Of a stretch of DNA of 32,000 bases, positions 8,916 to 15,759 are shown piece by piece. Where the stretch lies: contig NZ_NVQC01000013.1 in the NCBI RefSeq assembly GCF_003044035.1, positions 121,078 to 153,077 on the forward strand. Reading direction: 5' to 3'. The position numbers were made by a program, and so were the translations under genes. The notes beneath the pieces are model-generated. The model worked only from the letters and a program-made list of their open reading frames with translations. It was not told where the DNA came from and did not search any database. Every line of letters begins with the position of its first letter. Within the stretch, counting starts at the first letter, position 1. The stretch comes from Candidatus Methylomirabilis limnetica (GTDB taxonomy: Bacteria; Methylomirabilota; Methylomirabilia; Methylomirabilales; Methylomirabilaceae).

Positions 8916-10283
8916 TCAGCTCTTCTCGCGGATCTGTAGTTCTTTGATCAGGCGGGCAAGGTCGGTCCGCTGCAGGCCAAGGGCGCTCGCAGCCTTCGAT
9001 TGATTGCCTCCTGAGCGGTACAGGGTCTCCCGGATGACCTGTCGTTTGTAAGCCACCACAGTTTCATGGAAGTCGCGAGGCGCTTCTCCAGCAGGCGACT
9101 CCGGTGCGCCGGCAAGGACAGTCAGTGGGAGGTCTTCCGAGGTGATCCGATCGCGGGTACTCAGGACAACGGCCCGCTCGATAAAATTCGCCAGCTCTCT
9201 CACATTGCCTGGCCAGTGGTAGTGTCGCAGTAACTCCCATGCGTCCGGAGTGATCTCCTTAATTCGCTTTCCCATGCGGTCGCAGTATTGGGTGAGGAAG
9301 TGATTGGTGAGGGAGACAATGTCCTCCAGGTGGTCTCGGAGTGGGGGGAGCGAGACGGTAATGACATTGAGACGGCGGTAGAGATCCTCACGGAACAACC
9401 CCTCGCGGATCGCCTTGTCCATGCGGCGATTCGTGGCGGCAACGAAGCGGAGGTCGACCCGTATCGGCCTCGTCCCGCCGACCCGCTCAAACTCGTGCTC
9501 TTGAAGGACACGGAGCAGCTTTGCCTGTAGGTGCGGCTTCAGATCGCCGATCTCATCGAGGAAGGCCGTCCCGCCGTCGGCCAGCTCCAGCTTCCCGCGC
9601 TTGCGCTGGTGCGCGCCCGTAAAGGCTCCGCGCTCATGCCCGAACAAATCGCTCTCAAGCAGATCTTCCGATACTGCCACGCAGTTCACCACCACAAAGG
9701 GCTGATCCCGCCGCTGGCTCCATTGATGGATAGCTCTCGCGAATACCTCCTTGCCGGTTCCAGTCTCCCCCTGCAGGAGAATCGTAGAACTTCTGGCCGC
9801 CGCTCGTTTGGCGGCCTCGATGGCATTCAGGATCGACGGGCTGTGCCCGATGATCGGCCGATCTTGTCCCCTGACCTCCCCTGACAGTAGGAGGTTGTCC
9901 CGCTTCAACGCCTCCCGTTCTAGCGCCTTGCCGATAACCACTTCCAGATGCCCCGGGCTAAACGGTTTGGTCAAGAAGTCGTACGCGCCGGCCCGCATCG
10001 CCTCCACGGCCTTATCGATGGTGCCATACGAGGTCATTACGATAGTTGTCGTCTCGATCCCCTCATCGCGGATCGCCTTCAGCACCTCGAGGCCACTCTT
10101 CTTCGGCATCATAAGATCAAGGAGGGTGATGGTCAGCGAGTTCTCTCTCAGCCGCGTCAGCGCCTGCACACCATCTTCTGCCTCCACGACCTCGAACCCC
10201 ATGGCCTTCAGCCGATCACGCACCACCTCCCGAATGTCGGGGTCATCGTCCACGATCAGGATCTTGCTATGACTGGGGATCAT
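8916..10283 (-). CDS. sigma-54-dependent Fis-family response regulator (NtrC class)
   Basis: N-terminal REC domain (ILIVDDDPDIRE...LDLMMPKKSG), AAA+ core GETGTGKE and ESDLFGHERGAFTGA (GAFTGA), C-terminal HTH ...NQSKAASALGLQR. Confidence 0.9.
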   Translation of the reverse strand: MIPSHSKILIVDDDPDIREVVRDRLKAMGFEVVEAEDGVQALTRLRENSLTITLLDLMMPKKSGLEVLKAIRDEGIETTTIVMTSYGTIDKAVEAMRAGAYDFLTKPFSPGHLEVVIGKALEREALKRDNLLLSGEVRGQDRPIIGHSPSILNAIEAAKRAAARSSTILLQGETGTGKEVFARAIHQWSQRRDQPFVVVNCVAVSEDLLESDLFGHERGAFTGAHQRKRGKLELADGGTAFLDEIGDLKPHLQAKLLRVLQEHEFERVGGTRPIRVDLRFVAATNRRMDKAIREGLFREDLYRRLNVITVSLPPLRDHLEDIVSLTNHFLTQYCDRMGKRIKEITPDAWELLRHYHWPGNVRELANFIERAVVLSTRDRITSEDLPLTVLAGAPESPAGEAPRDFHETVVAYKRQVIRETLYRSGGNQSKAASALGLQRTDLARLIKELQIREKS

Positions 10284-10350
10284 TGTGATTGCTCCGCGTC
10301 AGCGAGGGTTGTCGTTACATTGGTCTGCGCCAGGGGCCGCCTGGGCAGGG

Positions 10351-10419
10351 TCATGTAGTGCCCCCCTGAAAGTCATTGGGGACGACGCGCTGCATGAGCG
10401 ACACGCACTCGCGCCGAAG
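10351..10419 (-). pseudogene. 3'-terminal remnant of a second hepT (DUF86) gene
   Basis: The minus strand reads ...RECVSLMQRVVPNDFQGGTT*. This aligns with the last codons of the intact hepT (...RECMSLMPCVAPND...) at 14547-14606. Confidence 0.55.
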
Positions 10420-10816
10420 TCACTTCCGCATACGGCGTTGTCTCTACCATCTGGTTCTCCCCATGAGGCTAACAGATATTAGCCGACAGTTCTTAGGCGG
10501 ACTCTACGATATTGGTGTGTGCAATGCAACACGATACTCGTGACACACTCCTTGGAACACTCTTGAACAAAACGCTTGCACGGGAACCCACTGTTGGATA
10601 GCCTGTTCGTCAGCTAGGGATGATACCCAATGCCTCAGGTGTGGACCCGTCGCCCCCTTGCCCCAGATTCCCGGTGGCCAGCAGGGTACTTGCAGGTGGC
10701 CATAGACTCTTTTCTCCAGGCGCTGACAAACGATTCGGTGGTTGCTGTGGTAGAGGCCGACCGGTTGCTCGGTGGGGCCGTCAGGTGTTGGCCATAGCAA
10801 CGGAGGTGAGAGACTG
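10410..10816 (-). repeat. conserved non-coding element, copy A (core 10469-10658, plus flanks shared with copy C)
   Basis: Aligns by eye with 14345-14533 and 15331-15520. The flanks 10410-10468 and 10659-10816 align only with copy C. Strand assignment is tentative. Confidence 0.8.
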
Positions 10817-11299
10817 ATGCGGCGAGCGTTGACCATCGCGGGCTCCGATTCCGGCGGTGGAGCGGGGATCCATGCCGATCTGAAAACGTTCACAGCCCTT
10901 GGTGTGTTCGGGACATCGGCGATTACGTCGGTTACGGCCCAGAACACGATCGGCGTCCATGGGGTGCACGATCTGCCGCCGGAGTTCGTAGGGGGCGCCA
11001 GATCGACTCGGTCCTTGACGATATCGCCATCGACGTGGCCAAGACCGGGATGCTTTCGAGCGCAGCGATCATCGAGGTGGTCACGGCGAAGGTGAAGGCG
11101 CATGCGATCCAGCGGTTGGTAGTCGATCCGGTGATGGTGGCCAAGAATGGGGCGCCGTTACTTCGGTCTGATGCCGTGAACGCGCTCATTGAGCGTCTGC
11201 TGCCCCTTGCCCTTGTTCTCACGCCGAATGTGCCGGAGGCTGAGGCGCTCACAGGGCTGACGATCACTGAGCTCAATGGGATGCGTCAGGCGGCGCGGC
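10817..11299 (+). pseudogene. thiD: 5' fragment of a thiD paralogue, frameshifted and truncated
   Basis: Colinear with thiD 15904-16384. Two extra G in the G-run 10991-10995 shift the frame, so the ORF track splits into 10772..11095 and 11035..11316. Homology ends at 11299. Confidence 0.85.
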
Positions 11300-11329
11300 C
11301 TACAACAGGCGGATAGAAAGGTGGAAGAC

Positions 11330-12760
11330 ATGAATGTGCGTTCAATCCTGACAATTGTAGCCACGCTCGCGCTGGCGTTACCGGCACAGGCGGACGATGA
11401 AGGCGTCGCGCTGACGATCTACAATCAGAGCTTCGGGGTCGTGCGCGAGAAACGAGGCGTCGAGATCAAGGACAAGCTTGGCGTGGTCCGGTTCACGAAC
11501 GTGGCGGCGCAGATTGACGGCACGAGCGTGCAATTCAAATCGCTCACCGATCCCGCCGCGCGTGTGCTGGAGCAGAACTACGAGTATGACCTCGTCTCCG
11601 CGGACAAGCTCCTGCACAAATACATCGACAAACAGATCGCGGTGCTCACCAAGGACGGCTCGCGCTATTCCGGCAACCTGATGAGCTTCGACGCGAACCA
11701 ACTCGTCATCCGGCAGTACGGGGAGAAGGGCGAGATCGTGATGGTGCAGCGCGGCGACAACGTCAAAGACATCCAGTTTGGCGCGTTACCGGAAGGATTG
11801 ATTGCGAAGCCGACGCTGGTGTGGAAGCTCGCGACAGAGAAACCAGGCACGCATCTCGTCGAGGTCGCCTATCAGACCGGCGGCTTGAACTGGCAGGCCT
11901 CTTACAACGCCGTGCTCAACGCCAAGGATACCGGGCTGGACCTCGGCGGCTGGGTGACAATCAACAACACGTCCGGCGCGACCTATAAGGACGCGAGGCT
12001 CAAACTTATTGCCGGAGACGTGCGCCGGGTCCAGCCGCCGTCTCGCGCATACGCCATAAAAGGCGCGATGGCGATGGAAGCGGCCGCAGCGCCACAATTC
12101 GAGGAAAAAGCGTTCTTCGAGTATCACCTGTACACGCTGCAACGGCCCAGCACGGTCGCCGACAACCAAACGAAGCAGATCGAATTGCTTAAGGCGGCGG
12201 ACGTACCGGTCAAGAAGGTGTTGCTCTACGAGGGCGCGCCGCAATTCCGGTTCTACGGTGGACTGCACACGTCGGCGGAGTATGGCAGCCAGGAGTTCAA
12301 CAAGAAGGTCAACATCATCATCGAGGTCAAGAACTCGAAGGACAATCACATGGGCATGGCACTGCCGAAGGGCAAGGTGCGACTCTACAAACGCGACGAG
12401 GCCGATGCGGCGCTGGAATTCATCGGCGAAGACGAGATTGATCACACGCCGAAGGACGAGACGATCAAGCTGCACATCGGCGACGCGTTCGACGTCGTCG
12501 GCGAACGCAAGCGCACCGATTTCCGCGTGGACAGCGGCCGGCACGTCATGACCGAGAGCTTCGAGATTCGCATTCGCAACCACAAAGACGAACCCGTGGA
12601 CGTGCTCGTCAAAGAGACGCTCTATCGCGGGAACAACTGGGAGATCACCGCGTCGAGCCACAAGTGGACCAAATTCGACTCCGGCACCATCCACTTCCCG
12701 ATCACCGTAGCCAAAGACGGCGAGCGGGTCGTGACGTACACGGTGAGATATACGTGGTGA
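11330..12760 (+). CDS. secreted DUF4140/DUF4139-type (MuiA-like) protein
   Basis: Signal peptide MNVRSILTIVATLALALPAQA, then ALTIYNQSFGVVREKR...FTNVAAQIDGTSVQ and a beta-rich C-terminal region. GGTGGAAG lies before the ATG at 11330. Confidence 0.6.
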   Translation: MNVRSILTIVATLALALPAQADDEGVALTIYNQSFGVVREKRGVEIKDKLGVVRFTNVAAQIDGTSVQFKSLTDPAARVLEQNYEYDLVSADKLLHKYIDKQIAVLTKDGSRYSGNLMSFDANQLVIRQYGEKGEIVMVQRGDNVKDIQFGALPEGLIAKPTLVWKLATEKPGTHLVEVAYQTGGLNWQASYNAVLNAKDTGLDLGGWVTINNTSGATYKDARLKLIAGDVRRVQPPSRAYAIKGAMAMEAAAAPQFEEKAFFEYHLYTLQRPSTVADNQTKQIELLKAADVPVKKVLLYEGAPQFRFYGGLHTSAEYGSQEFNKKVNIIIEVKNSKDNHMGMALPKGKVRLYKRDEADAALEFIGEDEIDHTPKDETIKLHIGDAFDVVGERKRTDFRVDSGRHVMTESFEIRIRNHKDEPVDVLVKETLYRGNNWEITASSHKWTKFDSGTIHFPITVAKDGERVVTYTVRYTW

Positions 12761-12983
12761 TGTCTGAGGCGTTGAAGCTTTTAGCCGAGTGAAGCGAGTC
12801 GCCGCTCACCCAAGGCGGTCTGGCAAGACTGGTGAAGTCCAGCCAGTCCAGGGTCGCCAAGATGGAAGCCGACGATCCCTCGGTGTCTTGGACCTGCTCA
12901 TTAGAACCCTTCTGGCGCTGGGAGCCTCGAGTCGCGAGATAGCGAGAACCTTCGCGCCCTCTCGTCGCGCCACGGCGGCCTAA
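12760..12983 (+). pseudogene. decayed XRE-family HTH (antitoxin-like) gene
   Basis: MSEALKLLAE-TGA-SESPLTQGGLARLVKSSQSRVAKMEADDPSVS, then a -1 shift into LDLLIRTLLALGASSREIA...*. It carries one in-frame stop and one frameshift. Confidence 0.55.
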
Positions 12984-13053
12984 CGCTCCGCTTCATCTGC
13001 GGGCGCTCACGCCTCATCAATGGCGAGCCGTCAACTGCAAGCGGTAGTTAGGT
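12978..13053. mobile_element. attC-like hairpin site R (76 bp)
   Basis: The plus strand reads GCCTAAC ... GTTAGGT and the minus strand ACCTAAC ... GTTAGGC, so RYYYAAC / GTTRRRY appear on both strands. The interior is an imperfect palindrome (CCGCTT/AAGCGG, CGCC/GGCG, GCT/AGC with bulges). Confidence 0.5.
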
Positions 13054-13057
13054 CTTT

Positions 13058-13384
13058 TCACGAAAACAGTTCCGCCAAAGTCGAGAAAACCGCCGACTGT
13101 GTTTGCGGCCCAACTTTCCCCAATCTTTTCACCAATCTTGATTTGTCGACAGTTCGAATCTGGTCGAGAACAATCTGGGCTTGCTTGCCTTGGGAAACAC
13201 AAGAAACCCGAGAGGGATAATCTCGCCCCTTCGTGGTCATTGGGGCAACTATGACTGTGGCAATGAAACGGTTTAATTCGTCCGGCGAGATGATCAGACA
13301 GGGGCGACTCTTCTTGATCTCGCTTCCAACAGTAGGGTCCAGGTTTACCAGATAGACTTCAAACCGTTTCACTTCCATTCCCAT
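13058..13384 (-). CDS. mazF: type II toxin, MazF/PemK-family endoribonuclease
   Basis: 108 aa with VYLVNLDPTVGSEIKKSRPCLIISPD...VIVAPMTT...VLDQIRTVDKSRL. Confidence 0.85.
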   Translation of the reverse strand: MGMEVKRFEVYLVNLDPTVGSEIKKSRPCLIISPDELNRFIATVIVAPMTTKGRDYPSRVSCVSQGKQAQIVLDQIRTVDKSRLVKRLGKVGPQTQSAVFSTLAELFS

Positions 13385-13626
13385 TCTTCCTTATCCCAGG
13401 AAGTCTGGCTAGCCGCATCCGCATCCAACAACTTGTCATCGCCCCTTGCCGCCATGGCCCGGAACTTTTCCGCCCAGCCTTCGCGCGGCTTTTTCACTGA
13501 GCGAATGATAATCTGGCGGTCCCCAACCTGAAGCTCAACCTCGCCACTCAGATGGGTCTGCTCCAACACCACTTTGGGGATTCTAATGCCTTGGGAATTA
13601 CCGATGCGAACGATGCTTGCCTTCAT
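13369..13626 (-). CDS. mazE: type II antitoxin, AbrB/MazE/SpoVT-family
   Basis: 85 aa with IVRIGNSQGIRIPK swapped-hairpin motif. Overlaps mazF by 16 nt. GGAGGTGG RBS. Confidence 0.8.
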   Translation of the reverse strand: MKASIVRIGNSQGIRIPKVVLEQTHLSGEVELQVGDRQIIIRSVKKPREGWAEKFRAMAARGDDKLLDADAASQTSWDKEEWEWK

Positions 13627-13656
13627 CGAATACCACCTCCAACCAACCTTGATATA

Positions 13657-13690
13657 ATTACAATGTAATCACATCGTACTCTTTCGTCAA
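13657..13690 (-). promoter_or_regulatory. putative mazEF promoter with palindromic operator
   Basis: Minus strand: TTGACG (13690-13685), 17 nt, then TACATT. A perfect palindrome ATTACAtTGTAAT (13657-13669) overlaps the -10 region. Confidence 0.4.
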
Positions 13691-13701
13691 TAGTGAAATA
13701 G

Positions 13702-13768
13702 GCCCAACGTTCACGTCAACCGGCGCGCGCCGCTCTTGCGCGCGTCCGTGTTGGGCGTGCTGTTAGGG
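13702..13768 (-). mobile_element. attC-like hairpin site Q (67 bp)
   Basis: Minus strand: CCCTAAC-ag-CACGCCCAACA-CGGaCGCGCGC-aagagcg-GCGCGCGCCG-GTTGACGTG-aac-GTTGGGC. Homologous in architecture to the site at 31522-31587. Confidence 0.6.
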
Positions 13769-14334
13769 TGCCCTCGCTGCTCAGTGGGCTTGCCGACAAT
13801 TGAAGGCGTCGACGCAAAGTCCCAGTTGTCTTCATACACCGAAGCCAGCGGTGCAGGGACGGCGATCGGGCGATCATTGGGAAGACCGATGCGAAATAGA
13901 CGCCGGTCGCTGGTGCGGTGCGCCGGGTTGTCTTTGAGCCATAGTTGATGCTCGTCTCGCACGTATTTGGCAACGACGACACTCGGGACGATAAAAAATC
14001 GCAACGCGTACTTCGACAACTCAGTCCGGCTCGAATTGATGTGCACGAAGCAGTAGAACAGGTTCGGGTCAATGACGCCTTCGTGCTTGGCGCTCATCTG
14101 CCAATCGGTAACGAATGTTTCAAAGAGCCTTGAATCACTGTCGCGGGTGCGAGTCTCGAGGTTTGTCTTAACCTCGACTTCGTAACGTGCGCCCCTGCGG
14201 GGGTCGAGCACCAGGATGTCGATGTTCTTCGTATGACCCAGAGTCATGCCTGCGTCGTAGCCCCGCAGTGTCAATTGCGATAGGACGGCAAATTCTCCCG
14301 CGAGCCCTACTGAATTGGGTGGAATTCGCGCCAT
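13711..14334 (-). CDS. PD-(D/E)xK nuclease-like hypothetical protein
   Basis: The N-terminus GLAGEFAVLSQLTLRGYDA...NIDILVLD...YEVEVKT matches the G..GE / D / E-x-K layout of Hjc/YraN-type nucleases. No family was recognised for the C-terminal half. Confidence 0.55.
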   Translation of the reverse strand: MARIPPNSVGLAGEFAVLSQLTLRGYDAGMTLGHTKNIDILVLDPRRGARYEVEVKTNLETRTRDSDSRLFETFVTDWQMSAKHEGVIDPNLFYCFVHINSSRTELSKYALRFFIVPSVVVAKYVRDEHQLWLKDNPAHRTSDRRLFRIGLPNDRPIAVPAPLASVYEDNWDFASTPSIVGKPTEQRGHPNSTPNTDARKSGARRLT

Positions 14335-14344
14335 ATTGAGTGCC

Positions 14345-14540
14345 CTAACAGATATTAGCCGACACTTCTTGGACGGGCTTTACGATATTGGTGCGTGCTA
14401 TACCAACACGATACTCGTGACACACCCCTTGGAACATCCTTGAACAAAACGCTTGCACAGGAACCCCCTGTTGGATAGCCTGGTCGTCAGATATGGATGA
14501 TACCCAACACCTCAGGCGTGGACCTGTTGCCCCCTCCAAC
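14345..14540 (-). repeat. conserved non-coding element, copy B (core only)
   Basis: 14345-14533 aligns with 10469-10658 and 15331-15520. On the minus strand it is bounded by GTTGGAG (14540-14534) and GTTAGGG (14349-14343). Confidence 0.8.
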
Positions 14541-14546
14541 GCGGTG

Positions 14547-14909
14547 TTAGCCCACCTCGTCATTGGGGGCGACGCAAGGCATGAGCGACATGCACTCGCG
14601 CTGAAGCACCGATACATCGTGTTCGACGATCGCCCACACGACAGCGTCATCCACGGTCGGGTACTCGTGGGTAAGCTGGTTGCGGAAGTCCACGATCCTC
14701 CGTGCCCGCGTGATTGCATCGAAGGCATCCGGTGCGACTCGGCCGAGTGCCGCGGCCGCCTCTCCGATGATGATGAACTCGCGCTCGACCGAAGAGCGGA
14801 CGAGGCGATTGCTTTCATACCCGGCGAGATTAAGGTCTCGAACCGCGACGGTGATCGCGTCGCACGACTCGATGATGTCGGCCAAGTAGGCACGCGCATC
14901 ACGCGGCAT
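14547..14909 (-). CDS. hepT: HepT (DUF86) toxin of a HepT/MNT module
   Basis: 120 aa with the Rx4HxY motif RNQLTHEY. Overlaps the upstream MNT gene by 11 nt. Confidence 0.85.
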   Translation of the reverse strand: MPRDARAYLADIIESCDAITVAVRDLNLAGYESNRLVRSSVEREFIIIGEAAAALGRVAPDAFDAITRARRIVDFRNQLTHEYPTVDDAVVWAIVEHDVSVLQRECMSLMPCVAPNDEVG

Positions 14910-15207
14910 AAAGCATCTGCCTCGTACGCTCGATGTCGCGGGCGATGTACGGGTTTTTGATGGCCCCCACCATGACCAAGTCGATCTTCAGGCCTAATAC
15001 GGTCCGGAGTTCTTCCAGCATGCCGAAGTAGGCCTCGACTCGAGCGTACGGCTCCATCGGCCCGAACTCGACCAACAGGTCCAGGTCGCTCTCATCCGGT
15101 TTGAAGTCATCATGCAAAGCCGAACCGAACGCGTACAGCCGTACCACACCATGGCGCACGCAGGCCGCAGCTATCGCTTGGCGATTGTTCTCGAGAACAC
15201 CGATCAT
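14899..15207 (-). CDS. mntA: MNT-family nucleotidyltransferase antitoxin
   Basis: 102 aa with LYAFGSALHDDFKPDESDLDLLVEF (the GS...D.D nucleotidyltransferase motif). Confidence 0.85.
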   Translation of the reverse strand: MIGVLENNRQAIAAACVRHGVVRLYAFGSALHDDFKPDESDLDLLVEFGPMEPYARVEAYFGMLEELRTVLGLKIDLVMVGAIKNPYIARDIERTRQMLYAA

Positions 15208-15268
15208 GACGTGTCTCCCACGTTCATCGTACCTACAGCGGGTGAGGCGCGCACCGGCCAGGAACGAT

Positions 15269-15660
15269 CCGCGCCGAAGTCACTTCAGTGTGCGGCGTTG
15301 TCTCTACCCTCTGGTTCCCCCCCGATGGGGCTAACAGATATTAGCCGACACTCCTTGAATGGACTCTACGATATTGATGCATGTAAGGCAACACGATACT
15401 CATGACGCGCCAATTGGACAACTTTTGAACAAAACGCTTGCACAGGAAGCGACCGTTGGATAGCCTGTTCGTCAGATATTGATGATACCCAACAACTTAA
15501 GCGTGGACCAATCGCCCCCTTTAACCGAGATCCCCGGTGGCCAGCATGGTACTTGTAATTGGCCATGGGGTCTTTTCTTCAGGCGGAGACCAACGATCCG
15601 GCGGTTGCTGTGGCAGAGGTCGACCGGATGCTGGATGGGGCGGGCAGTCTCCGGTGGAGT
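15269..15660 (-). repeat. conserved non-coding element, copy C (core 15331-15520, plus flanks shared with copy A)
   Basis: Aligns with copy A across both flanks and the core. It lies between the mntA start and thiD. Confidence 0.8.
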
Positions 15661-15759
15661 ACGTGGACGATATCCAGAGGACGTCGGCCGGGCAAGCACC
15701 CGTGCGTGGTTTGCTATGTCCCGCCAGTATAGTGTCCCATAAGTCCCTTTACAGTGATT

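Noticed and set aside
10284-10350. Search for a sigma-54 (-24 TGGCAC / -12 TTGC) promoter near the NtrC-class regulator and elsewhere in the intergenic regions.
   Set aside because: No TGGCAC-N5-TTGC arrangement was seen. The TGGCAC occurrences (e.g. 7473, 12361, 24253) are intragenic and lack the -12 element.
10504-11103. Long minus-strand ORFs running through the conserved element and antisense to thiD (10504..11103, 14345..14902, 15366..15566, 15472..16113). Their translations look alike (...[19 protein letters not shown]...HEYRV...).
   Set aside because: The similarity just reflects nucleotide conservation. Copies A and C are in different frames relative to each other, and copy B has no start. 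The peptides are Trp/Cys/His-rich and unlike real proteins, and substitutions are not biased to third positions.
14343-14476. Treating CCCTAAC ... GTTGGAT (about 133 bp, present in all three copies) as one long VCR-like attC.
   Set aside because: The two ends are not complementary beyond AACAG, and no long imperfect stem connects them.
15460-15480. CUGACGA on the minus strand of all three element copies, resembling the hammerhead CUGANGA box.
   Set aside because: No matching GAAA box or three-stem arrangement follows it, so the single heptamer is not enough.
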